Shown: positions 47,088 through 55,537, numbered from the stretch's first letter. The stretch: DNA of 64,000 nucleotides from an uncultured Alphaproteobacteria bacterium (GCA_949292205.1 CASEYR010000001.1:2721-66720), one strand, 5' to 3'. The notes: a model not told the origin generated them from the letters alone. Program-made: numbers and translations.

Positions 47088-48296
47088 TTATTCCGACGTT
47101 TCATCAGATAATAATTCTATTGATAATCGTTCTATTTCTTCCGCTTGGTTTGGTTTCAAAGCAGAAGTTATGGTTATTGTCTGGTTGCATAGTTTAATAC
47201 CTTTCATATCGGATAGTAGGGCTGACATCAGTTTTCCACTTGCCGGAGCCCAAGACCCATTCTGAATCAAAGCTATTTTACGATTTTGTAAGTTATGCGC
47301 TTTCAGAGCCAATAATACTGACTCCATCGGCGGAAAGATACCATTGTTATAAGTGATAGAAGCCAAAACCAGATGACTGAACCGAAAGGCTTCGGCAATA
47401 ATATACGACAGATCGATTTGCGAGACATCATATAAACGGATGTTAGACAATCCTTGCTGTGATAGTTTTTGAGCCAAAACCTCGGCAGCATTTTTCGTAT
47501 GTCCGTAAATAGAGCCATAGACGATAACAACGCCTTTTTCTTCAGGTGTATAGGTGCTCCATTTCTGATATTTATCTAATAGCCAAGGCAGATTTTGACG
47601 CCAAATCGGACCGTGTAGCGGACAAATCATTTGAATATCCAAGCCACTGGCTTTTTTTATCAGAGTTTGAACAGAAGGACCATATTTTCCAACGATGTTT
47701 GCATAATAGCGTCTGGCTTCCGGTAGCCAATCTTTTTCTATATCTCGTTGATCGGCGAACAGACATTCGTTTGTTATCCCGAATGAACCGAAAGCATCTG
47801 CCGAAAATAAGACTTTATCTGTTTCATCATAGCTGACCATAACCTCGGGCCAATGAACCATAGGAGCCATAAAAAATGAAAACGTGTGTCTACCGGAGGA
47901 GAGAGTGTCTCCTTCTTTTACGCTTATGACTCGTCCAGAGATATCTCGATTAAAAAATTGCCCGATCATTGTTTGTGTTTTTGCATTACATACGACTTGA
48001 GCTTGAGGAAACAGAGTCAAAACTTCGTCCAAAGTAGCACAATGATCCGGCTCCATATGATGAACAAACACATAATCCAAAGTTCGACCATTTAAAGCCG
48101 CCATTAAATTTTCCAAGAATTGTTCACGAACAGATGTATCACAAGTATCCATTAAAACCGTTTTATCGTCGGTAATTAAATAGGAGTTGTAGGACATGCC
48201 GTTTGGTATCGGATAGATATTTTCAAACAAGTGATGATGTGTATCGCAAGATCCGATATAGTAAATATCAGAAGTTATTTTTTGAATCGTTTGCAT
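47088..48296 (-). CDS. flavodiiron protein (metallo-beta-lactamase-like plus flavodoxin domains; O2/NO reductase type)
   Basis: 402 aa with the di-iron motif HHMEPDH and a C-terminal flavodoxin fold (VIVYGSIYGHT). Confidence 0.85.
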   Translation of the reverse strand: MQTIQKITSDIYYIGSCDTHHHLFENIYPIPNGMSYNSYLITDDKTVLMDTCDTSVREQFLENLMAALNGRTLDYVFVHHMEPDHCATLDEVLTLFPQAQVVCNAKTQTMIGQFFNRDISGRVISVKEGDTLSSGRHTFSFFMAPMVHWPEVMVSYDETDKVLFSADAFGSFGITNECLFADQRDIEKDWLPEARRYYANIVGKYGPSVQTLIKKASGLDIQMICPLHGPIWRQNLPWLLDKYQKWSTYTPEEKGVVIVYGSIYGHTKNAAEVLAQKLSQQGLSNIRLYDVSQIDLSYIIAEAFRFSHLVLASITYNNGIFPPMESVLLALKAHNLQNRKIALIQNGSWAPASGKLMSALLSDMKGIKLCNQTITITSALKPNQAEEIERLSIELLSDETSE

Positions 48297-48398
48297 AACT
48301 AGATCTCCTATTTTATTATATGAAAATAATTATTTTATTTCTCTATTTAAAAATGAAAGAAAAGATTTTATAAAGCTGATATTTATTAACCATACACT

Positions 48399-49400
48399 TC
48401 ATCGACTGCCATCATGGAGGGATACAACAGATTTCGGTTTAATTTCATTCTGTTTTTTCTTTTTGGAATCTTGTGTGGCAAATGAAGATAGCAATTCAAT
48501 TTTCCATGCATAGGAGGCCGGAGTTATTTCATCTCGTTGTTTATCAGCCAACTTTAAAGAGTCCAGTTCATCAAGATAGGGGGCTCCTTTCATCCAAAGA
48601 GATTCTGCCATTTCGGGTGTGTTGGCATATCTTATCAATTGCGAATCTTTTACGGTTGCGCCAGCTGTAAATAATTCATTAGTTTGTTTTAGATTGTTTG
48701 ATGAAATTGCTTGATAAAGCAAAGGTTGTAGGATTTTTTTTCCCGTCGCTGTTTCAAAAGCGGAATGTCCTTGATTGTCTGACACAGCTAATGTTGCTCC
48801 GATTGATGCTAAATAAGCAGCTGTTTTGAAATGTCCTGCACGTCCTGCATACCAAAGTGCGGTTTTACCCTCTTGATTGGGAGTATCTACATGAATTTTT
48901 CCGCTTTTAAATAAAAACTTCACTAGATCTGTATCGTCTCGCAGAGCGGCAGCTCTGAATTCATGAGCGATTTGTTCGGGGCGAGCATGTTTTAACCATA
49001 TCTGTTTTTGTTCATTAGATCGATTTTTTTGAGTCATAAACGTTGTACCATCGGGCAGGGCAGATCCTAATGAAATACCTCCCATTCGACAGAAAGCAAT
49101 ATTTTCTGGTGTCAGAGAGTTTAAGTCACGAAACATCACATTTTGAATTATTTTTTTTAAGTGATTTTTATCTGATGGATAGATATGTTGTGCCATCAAT
49201 TTCTTAATGGTATTCATTGATGTACTGCAGTCCAAAATATGTTTCCCGTTAGGAGTTTCTTCCTTAGCCCCCTTTGACCTGTAATACAACACGGCATCTA
49301 TGTCACCTTGGCGAACCGCCTCTTCAATCGGACGCAATCCAGTCTTTTTATCCGGTTTATCACCAAAAATGGCATACTTTACTTTATCAATCAGTTTCAT
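48399..49400 (-). CDS. ankyrin-repeat protein
   Basis: 333 aa with ANK-like units, for example GKTALWYAGRAGHFKTAAYLASIGATLAVSDNQGHSAFETA. AAGGAG lies upstream. There is no signal peptide. Confidence 0.7.
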   Translation of the reverse strand: MKLIDKVKYAIFGDKPDKKTGLRPIEEAVRQGDIDAVLYYRSKGAKEETPNGKHILDCSTSMNTIKKLMAQHIYPSDKNHLKKIIQNVMFRDLNSLTPENIAFCRMGGISLGSALPDGTTFMTQKNRSNEQKQIWLKHARPEQIAHEFRAAALRDDTDLVKFLFKSGKIHVDTPNQEGKTALWYAGRAGHFKTAAYLASIGATLAVSDNQGHSAFETATGKKILQPLLYQAISSNNLKQTNELFTAGATVKDSQLIRYANTPEMAESLWMKGAPYLDELDSLKLADKQRDEITPASYAWKIELLSSFATQDSKKKKQNEIKPKSVVSLHDGSR

Positions 49401-49476
49401 GAAACACGCTCCTTTATGAATGATGAAATGATATCACTTTTTAACCTCTTTGTAAATATAAAAAGGTATTTTCACC

Positions 49477-49505
49477 TTGATTGCTTGTCTAGAATGTGGT
49501 ATTTT
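49477..49505 (+). promoter_or_regulatory. sigma70-like promoter (TTGATT-17-TATTTT, TG-extended)
   Basis: TTGATT at 49477-49482, a 17-nt spacer ending in TGG, then TATTTT at 49500-49505. Confidence 0.4.
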
Positions 49506-49534
49506 ATGTTCAATTTTCAAGAAAGGGTATAATA

Positions 49535-50506
49535 ATGGCTATTGATTTTTCAAAAATATCGGTTATCGGGTGCGGACGATGGGGCGGCTTTTTAGGTTAC
49601 TATATCGCAAAGTATAAAAAAGCAGATACGTTGATGTTTGGGTTAAAAGAAGATCCGGCTTATCAAGCTTTAATCAAAACAGGCAATAACGGTTACGTTA
49701 CTATGCCGTCAAATGTGTCCTATACAACCGATATTAATGAAGCCTTAAAACGACAATTTATCGTCGTTTCTATCGGGTGCCAAGGATTGCGTGGCTTGTG
49801 TAAACAACTAAATGCGTTTGATTTGCGAGGTAAGCGGTTTTTGTTGGCAATGAAGGGGTTGGAGGAAAGTACCGGAAAACGATTAACGGAAGTATTTCAT
49901 GAGGAAATTAAACAACCTGATGTTCAGGTTGCTGCCTTAATGGGGCCCGGACATGTTCAAGATTATTTAAATGAGATTCCAAGTTGCGTCGTTATAGATT
50001 CTGATGATGAGGTGGCTAAAAAGGAAATTGCTGATTTTATGAATAGTTCATTAATACGAGTATATTACGGAAGTGATTTGATTGGTAATGAAATCGGTGC
50101 CGCTTTGAAAAATGTTATTGGTTTAGCTGCCGGTATTCTGGATGGACTCAACTGGGCAGGACTTAAAGGGGCTTTGATGGCTCGGGCACCGGTTGAAGTC
50201 GGACGCTTGATCTCCTATTACGGGGGGAATCCGAAGTCAGCTTATGGATTGGCTCATTTGGGGGATTATGAGGCAACTCTTTTTTCACCCCACAGTCATA
50301 ATCGTGCTTATGGAGAAAGTCTTGTTAAAGGTCCCAGATTTGAAAAATTAGCTGAGGGTGTTCCGACATTAAAAGCCGTTTATGATCTGCGAGATAAAGT
50401 GAATATGCCGATTTGTCAGGTGTTGTATGAGGTTGTTTACAACAACAAAGATCCCAAAGAGCAAATCAATCTACTGTTCCAAAGACCGAATAAGTCCGAG
50501 TTTTAG
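49535..50506 (+). CDS. gpsA: NAD(P)H-dependent glycerol-3-phosphate dehydrogenase family, divergent
   Basis: 323 aa from MAIDFSKISVIGCGRWGG. The conserved core is GNEIGAALKNVIGLAAGILDGL, plus GLAHLGDYEATLFS and EGVPTLKAV. The dinucleotide-binding and GPSHAEE regions are atypical. Confidence 0.65.
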   Translation: MAIDFSKISVIGCGRWGGFLGYYIAKYKKADTLMFGLKEDPAYQALIKTGNNGYVTMPSNVSYTTDINEALKRQFIVVSIGCQGLRGLCKQLNAFDLRGKRFLLAMKGLEESTGKRLTEVFHEEIKQPDVQVAALMGPGHVQDYLNEIPSCVVIDSDDEVAKKEIADFMNSSLIRVYYGSDLIGNEIGAALKNVIGLAAGILDGLNWAGLKGALMARAPVEVGRLISYYGGNPKSAYGLAHLGDYEATLFSPHSHNRAYGESLVKGPRFEKLAEGVPTLKAVYDLRDKVNMPICQVLYEVVYNNKDPKEQINLLFQRPNKSEF

Positions 50507-50559
50507 ATTCTTGATCAGAAGTGTCGATTGAACGAGTTGTCTGGTGCTAAGGAGAGAAT

Positions 50560-51045
50560 ATGGCATACTATCCAAGCAAATGCTTTGTCTACTATCAAGA
50601 CACACTTCTGGGACGCATCGGTTTGGTTGAGGAATCCGGTTTTTTGATTCGGGTATTGTATGCTGATTTAGAGCAAAAAGAGGGTGTTTTTGTTCAAGAA
50701 ACACCACTTATTCGGAATGGTTTTTGTCAGATAAAAGAGTATTTATCAGGGAAACGCCCATTTTTTGATCTGCCGATTTTAACGAAAGGAACGCCTTTTC
50801 AAAAACGTGTTTGGCAAGCACTGCAAGATATTCCGTATGGTACAACTGTCAGCTATCAGGATTTAGCGGATAAAATCGGGAATCCCAAAGCAGCCCGAGC
50901 CGTAGGAATGGCTAATCATCATAATCCTTGTCCTATACTAATCCCATGCCATCGTGTTATCGGAAAAAGCGGGAGGCTTGTCGGATATGCCGGTGGCATA
51001 GAGCTAAAACAAAAATTATTGGATTTGGAAAGACAAAATCGGTAA
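50560..51045 (+). CDS. ogt: methylated-DNA-protein-cysteine methyltransferase
   Basis: 161 aa with the active site IPCHRVIG, preceded by YGTTVSYQDLA. Confidence 0.85.
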   Translation: MAYYPSKCFVYYQDTLLGRIGLVEESGFLIRVLYADLEQKEGVFVQETPLIRNGFCQIKEYLSGKRPFFDLPILTKGTPFQKRVWQALQDIPYGTTVSYQDLADKIGNPKAARAVGMANHHNPCPILIPCHRVIGKSGRLVGYAGGIELKQKLLDLERQNR

Positions 51046-51058
51046 GAGTATATGAAGT

Positions 51059-51087
51059 GAAGCGGGATAAACCCGCTTCTTTTTTTG
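51059..51087 (+). terminator. intrinsic terminator after ogt
   Basis: GAAGCGGG-ATAAA-CCCGCTTC followed by T7. Confidence 0.7.
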
Positions 51088-51504
51088 TCAGCGATACAAA
51101 CGAATGCCGGCTCTATCCAATTCAGCCCGCCCTTGCGGATCATACTGATAGTAATACAACATTTCCCGTTTGTTAATTGTGTTAGCATCAACAGCTGCTT
51201 CGGGGACACCCCAAATAACTGAAATCGGCCAAAACAAGAAATTCAAAACGCCGTAAAGGGCATGTGATGAATCGCTTCCATTGCCGGTGGCTAAATAAAA
51301 GTTGCCAATACCGGGTAGAATATTCAGCATCGCCGCGCCAACCGGACTTGCCGGTGGCTCAAAAGAGCCAATCGGGCGATCAATCGTAACACCATGCCCT
51401 TTTAGTTGCTGTAATTGAATTTCTTCTTGACGTGTTAGATGTGTACATCCACAGGTTAACAAACAAGAAATTAATCCGAAGGTTCCTATTTTATTGATTA
51501 TCAT
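51088..51504 (-). CDS. small putative lipoprotein/membrane protein
   Basis: 138 aa. The signal-like N-terminus has Cys residues (GLISCLLTCGCTH), followed by a hydrophobic segment (VLNFLFWPISVIWGV). The SD GGAAG lies 3 nt upstream. Confidence 0.6.
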   Translation of the reverse strand: MIINKIGTFGLISCLLTCGCTHLTRQEEIQLQQLKGHGVTIDRPIGSFEPPASPVGAAMLNILPGIGNFYLATGNGSDSSHALYGVLNFLFWPISVIWGVPEAAVDANTINKREMLYYYQYDPQGRAELDRAGIRLYR

Positions 51505-51523
51505 AAACTTCCTTTCACCTAAG

Positions 51524-51627
51524 AAAAAAGCGTCCTGGTGAGGGACGACCGGAAGTTAGAACCTACCTTACGAATAGAGTGATATATTCATCGGTAAACC
51601 GATCTATTTTATCACCTTCCGATCGTC
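51524..51627 (-). promoter_or_regulatory. structured 5' leader with terminator-like hairpin (riboswitch/attenuator candidate, class unknown)
   Basis: On the minus strand, a 12-bp P1 (51627-51616 with 51555-51544) encloses two further stems. P1 shares 4 nt with a GC hairpin (51547-51531) that is followed by a U6 tract. The mismatches are G-U only on the minus strand. Confidence 0.45.
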
Positions 51628-51714
51628 AGAATAAAATAGTTTTGTCAATTTGACCTAACGATGTAAAGAGGGGGATTTTAATCCCCGGAACGATTTTTAA
51701 TCATTCCGATAAGA

Positions 51715-51743
51715 AGCATAGTTTTTTTCTCAACAAATGGCAA
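51715..51743 (-). promoter_or_regulatory. sigma70-like promoter for the leader and lipoprotein transcript (TTGCCA-17-TATGCT)
   Basis: On the minus strand, TTGCCA at 51743-51738, a 17-nt spacer, then TATGCT at 51720-51715. Confidence 0.4.
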
Positions 51744-51756
51744 GATATTTTTCGGA

Positions 51757-51785
51757 TTGACCCAAAATCTCTTTTTTGATATAAT
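51757..51785 (+). promoter_or_regulatory. near-consensus sigma70 promoter of the merR-family gene (TTGACC-17-TATAAT, TG-extended)
   Basis: TTGACC at 51757-51762, a 17-nt spacer ending in TGA, then TATAAT at 51780-51785, 26 nt before ATG 51811. Confidence 0.6.
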
Positions 51786-51810
51786 AACTCTTAATTTAAA
51801 AGGAGAATAT

Positions 51811-52257
51811 ATGGGATATTCTATCGGTCAAATTGCCAAGAAAATAGGTCTGACAACACATACGTTGCGGTATTACGATAAAGAAGGTTTATTGCCGTTT
51901 ATGCAAAAAAGCAAATCGGGATTACGTGTGTTTGGCGAAAAAGATATAGAATGGCTAGTGCTTATTGAATGTTTAAAAGGTGTCGGTATGACATTGAAAG
52001 ACATTAAGCAATATATTCATTGGGTTCAAGAAGGGGATTCGACTCTTGAAAAACGTCTGGACTTGTTTAAAAAACAGAAAGAAAAATTAAATGCTCAGAT
52101 GGTTCAATTAAAGCAGTATCAGAAAAAAATTGATTATAAAATAGCTTATTATACCGAGGCTGTTAAAAAAGGCACAATCAATGCGGCGGAAAATAATGCT
52201 TGCCTGAAGGCTGAAAAAGAACGTATTTTTGGAAAAACGCTCGGTAAGGGAAACTAG
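51811..52257 (+). CDS. MerR-family transcriptional regulator
   Basis: MGYSIGQIAKKIGLTTHTLRYYDKEGLL is the HTH, followed by a coiled-coil dimerisation helix. There are no C-terminal metal-binding Cys. AGGAG lies upstream of ATG 51811. Confidence 0.8.
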   Translation: MGYSIGQIAKKIGLTTHTLRYYDKEGLLPFMQKSKSGLRVFGEKDIEWLVLIECLKGVGMTLKDIKQYIHWVQEGDSTLEKRLDLFKKQKEKLNAQMVQLKQYQKKIDYKIAYYTEAVKKGTINAAENNACLKAEKERIFGKTLGKGN

Positions 52258-52258
52258 A

Positions 52259-53215
52259 ATGGATCTGACCCCCGAATTAAAAAACGCGATTGATACGTTA
52301 AGTTCTGCCTATTCTTTGTCAGAGTTATCAAAGGAATCTGCTTGTATCAGTCATCGTTACAGAAATGCCGAACGATTGGGACAACGATTGCTGACAACCG
52401 AACAACAAGCCGTAGCCTATGCGGTTACTCGGATGCCGGCGACGTTCGGAGCACTCTCATCCGTATTAAAAGATATCCAAGATTTGGTAGGGAATATAAA
52501 AACGGTTACGGACGTTGGTTCCGGAACGGGTGCGGCGGCTTGGGCGGCGGATACTGTTTTGGCGGTTGATAAAATAACTTGCTTAGAGCGAGAGGATTGT
52601 ATGCGTTTTATCGGGCTTCGTTTAATGTCCGGCACAAAAACGGGAGATAAAACATCTTGGATGTCGTTTGATTTGGCGGATTTAAAAATACCTCCTTCAT
52701 CTGATATGGTTATTGCCGGCTATGTTTTAAACGAACTGTCTTCAAGTATTCAAAGGCAAGTTATATTAAATTTGTGGGAATCGGCACAATCTGTTTTAGT
52801 TATTGTTGAGCCGGGGACTCCGGCTGGATATCGGAATATATTGTTGGCTCGGGATACTTTAATTTCTGCCGGCGGATATATTTGGGCACCATGTCCGCAT
52901 CAGAGTTTATGTCCGTTAGAGCAAAATGATTGGTGTCATTTTGCCTGTCGTGTTGCCAGAACAAAACAGCATAGACTGTCAAAAGGGGGCGTGGCACCTT
53001 ACGAAGATGAAAAGTTCTCTTTTTTAGTCGTCGGTCGGTATCCGTCCGATAAATCGTATGCTCGTGTTTTAAGACATCCTCTTATCCGAAGCGGATGTGT
53101 CGGATTGACGCTTTGTTCGGCAGAGGGTGTTCAAAATACGGTTATCAGTCGTCGTGATAAAAAAAAGTTTCAATCGGCTAAAAAAGCAGTATGGGGCGGT
53201 CGTTTCGGCCAGTAA
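52259..53215 (+). CDS. Rsm22-family SAM-dependent methyltransferase
   Basis: 318 aa with YAVTRMPATFGA, DVGSGTGAAAWA, and the C-terminal Cys cluster PCPHQSLCP...WCHFACRV typical of bacterial Rsm22 homologues. Confidence 0.7.
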   Translation: MDLTPELKNAIDTLSSAYSLSELSKESACISHRYRNAERLGQRLLTTEQQAVAYAVTRMPATFGALSSVLKDIQDLVGNIKTVTDVGSGTGAAAWAADTVLAVDKITCLEREDCMRFIGLRLMSGTKTGDKTSWMSFDLADLKIPPSSDMVIAGYVLNELSSSIQRQVILNLWESAQSVLVIVEPGTPAGYRNILLARDTLISAGGYIWAPCPHQSLCPLEQNDWCHFACRVARTKQHRLSKGGVAPYEDEKFSFLVVGRYPSDKSYARVLRHPLIRSGCVGLTLCSAEGVQNTVISRRDKKKFQSAKKAVWGGRFGQ

Positions 53216-53234
53216 AAAACGGTATATTTGATGG

Positions 53235-54428
53235 TCAGTTGTTTGGTAAGGGGATTATCTGATTTTCTTTAATTTTTTTTAATGATAGCAATCCCCTTAT
53301 GATTGGTTCATTTGGATAGCCTATAACCTTAAAAATATTTTCCGAGGGTGTCGCGAAAAATAATGAAGAACGATAGCCTGCAACAAAATCTACTGAATTC
53401 GTTAACAGCAATGTTTCAAGTGGAATTTGGGATTGAATCAGAGGTAGATTTGAAAATTCTTTTCGAATTTTCTTATTTTGTTTGGTGGCGGAATAAGAGG
53501 GATGTAGTTTTAGAAACCAAATAATATCTTTCGGGGCGTCTGCTATTATTTGTTTTAAGGCAGTGATTTCCGAGTTTATCTCTTTTTGATTAAATAAAAA
53601 ACCACTACACAAAATGCCGACACGCCGTCCCTTTGTTTTTTGTATAAAGTCAATGTAATTAAATCCCAGCATATCCATTAGTAGTTTTATTTGTGATTTT
53701 GATAGATTTTTTTTTATCTCTGAAATAGAAACATTTTTAATAGTTGCGTTTCGTAAAAAATGCTGAAAAACCTTAAAGGAAGGGTCTTTTCTGGATATTA
53801 ATATGTCTTTGAATGGAATATGGTAAGTAACGGGATACATCCGATACATCCATATAGTCGCTAACCAATCATTTTTGCACTTGCCTGAAATACACGCTTT
53901 AACTCTGTCTTGTAAATTTTTATCTGTTAACATGGTCATTTTTTTTACGTTGTGGTAACCTGAGCTACCAAATCCATCCTCAAAAAGGTGAATGTTTTTT
54001 ATCCGTTTAGGATCTATATTTCGTAATAGTCTGGCGTATGTTTTGAAAAAATGTTCTCTGTTTCCGTATAACACAAGGGGATTTTTTTCATATTTTTTTA
54101 GATATATTTCTAATATTTCATAAAATTTTTCAACAGATATAGAATAGAGTCCTTCGGTGTTTTTAATGTTTATTTCTACAGCATTGATTGATTTTAAATC
54201 AACTAACTTTGATCTTTGCGGAAAGCGGTGAAATGCAAAAAACTTGGGTTCGTTTTTGGGTAATTGAACCATTTCAATCATTTCTAAAAATGCAGGAGTT
54301 GTTGCATAGACTTCAAGGAAAATATGGACGGGTGGGGGTGTTATGGATTTTACCAAACAGGATAGCAAGTAACCCCAAAAAAGTAAAAGAATAAAACAGG
54401 AAAACCACCATATTTTCAAATAATGCAT
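53235..54428 (-). CDS. membrane-anchored GT-B glycosyltransferase, sialyltransferase-like (EDG and HP motifs)
   Basis: 397 aa with an N-terminal TM helix, LFEDGFGS (D/E-D/E-G), KLHPS (HP), PLE and GYRSSL in the order seen in GT80/GT52-type sialyltransferases. The gene is AT-rich. Confidence 0.55.
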   Translation of the reverse strand: MHYLKIWWFSCFILLLFWGYLLSCLVKSITPPPVHIFLEVYATTPAFLEMIEMVQLPKNEPKFFAFHRFPQRSKLVDLKSINAVEINIKNTEGLYSISVEKFYEILEIYLKKYEKNPLVLYGNREHFFKTYARLLRNIDPKRIKNIHLFEDGFGSSGYHNVKKMTMLTDKNLQDRVKACISGKCKNDWLATIWMYRMYPVTYHIPFKDILISRKDPSFKVFQHFLRNATIKNVSISEIKKNLSKSQIKLLMDMLGFNYIDFIQKTKGRRVGILCSGFLFNQKEINSEITALKQIIADAPKDIIWFLKLHPSYSATKQNKKIRKEFSNLPLIQSQIPLETLLLTNSVDFVAGYRSSLFFATPSENIFKVIGYPNEPIIRGLLSLKKIKENQIIPLPNN

Positions 54429-54454
54429 TAATAGCCCCTTATATATAATTCAAG

Positions 54455-55537
54455 TTATCTTTTTTGCATGACGCATAAAAAGAAACCGTCGGTTTCTGTT
54501 CGCCAAGGTGAAAAACGTTTTTGTTTTAAAACGGCATATCTTGGATGGTGTTGTAGGAAAGTTTCTATTTGATTTTCATTTTCGTCTTTTGTTAAAGAGC
54601 ATGTGATATACGACAAATAATGCCCTGGTTTAACGTAGGCTTCTGCTCGATTTAAAATATCCGATTGTAGGGTTGTAATGTTTTTTAGTTGCTTTTCGGA
54701 CAATTTCCAACGCATATCCGGTGTTCGTCGCCATGTTCCTGTTCCCGAACAAGGAGCATCTACAACAACATGGTCAAATTTTTTAAACGGTTCCGGCAAT
54801 TTTGTTACAATTTTGATAATGCTGACATGAGCACGATTCGCTCGCTTAACCAACTCGAACAGCCTTTTAGGGGCAGCGTCATAAGCTTGGATAAACCCCT
54901 TGTTTTGCATGAGTTGAGCAAAAATAAGAGATTTTCCACCCGCACCGGCACAAAAATCAAAAACATCTTGCTTGGGTTTAACGCCGATTTCAAGAGCTGT
55001 TAGTTGAGCGCCCTCATCCTGAATTTCTAAAAGTCCTTTTTTATAAGCTTTTGTGTCAGACAGATTTCTGAACTCTGATAAAACCATTCCGAAAGGTGAG
55101 CGAGAGCAGGGCTCAACCAACAAACCTTCCTCCCGCAGAGAAGCCATAATTTGTTCTCGATTTCCGTTGGCTCGCAAGACAATAGGGGCTTGTCCTAACA
55201 AAGCGGGTAGCTCGTGTTCGGCCTCGGGGACATGAGCCGAAAACCATTCCGGAACTTCCCAACGAACCCAATCCGGTGCGTCCGAGGTATCGGGAATGCC
55301 GTTTTCTTCCATTTTTTCTAATCGCGTCAGCCAATTGTCCTGTGGGTAAGCATATGCTAAACGAGCTTTCGCACGAATCGCGGACCATACAAGATCTAAT
55401 AAAAGGCTACGTTCCTCTGCGGCAATGTAGCGGTGTGTCCGTGTATAATCGTTAATGATATCATTTGCCGGTGTATTGCGTGAATCAATTCTGTCTAGCA
55501 GAAAAGCGGCCGTTTTTAATAATTCATCCCGAGTCAT
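54455..55537 (-). CDS. rRNA cytosine-C5 methyltransferase (NOL1/NOP2/Sun, RsmB/RsmF-like)
   Basis: 361 aa from MTRDELLK, with GAGGGA upstream. It has FDFCAGAGGKS, DAPCSGTGTWRR and ITCSL. The 83-codon N-terminal extension in the ORF track would overlap pflB and has no SD. Confidence 0.8.
   Translation of the reverse strand: MTRDELLKTAAFLLDRIDSRNTPANDIINDYTRTHRYIAAEERSLLLDLVWSAIRAKARLAYAYPQDNWLTRLEKMEENGIPDTSDAPDWVRWEVPEWFSAHVPEAEHELPALLGQAPIVLRANGNREQIMASLREEGLLVEPCSRSPFGMVLSEFRNLSDTKAYKKGLLEIQDEGAQLTALEIGVKPKQDVFDFCAGAGGKSLIFAQLMQNKGFIQAYDAAPKRLFELVKRANRAHVSIIKIVTKLPEPFKKFDHVVVDAPCSGTGTWRRTPDMRWKLSEKQLKNITTLQSDILNRAEAYVKPGHYLSYITCSLTKDENENQIETFLQHHPRYAVLKQKRFSPWRTETDGFFLCVMQKR

Noticed and set aside
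46526-51087. Two very similar hairpins (AGCGGGATAATCCCGCT at 46530-46546 and AGCGGGATAAACCCGCT at 51061-51077) as a possible REP-like repeat family.
   Set aside because: There are only two copies. Both sit exactly where intrinsic terminators are expected and have flanking T-runs. The shared 10-nt arm is too short to argue for a mobile repeat without a genome-wide count.
51531-51627. Whether the structured RNA upstream of the lipoprotein gene is the SRP (4.5S) RNA or another housekeeping RNA.
   Set aside because: Neither strand has the conserved SRP domain IV sequence (GGAAGCAGC with a GNRA loop). I saw no tmRNA, RNase P or 6S signatures. The position and terminator fit a cis-acting leader better.
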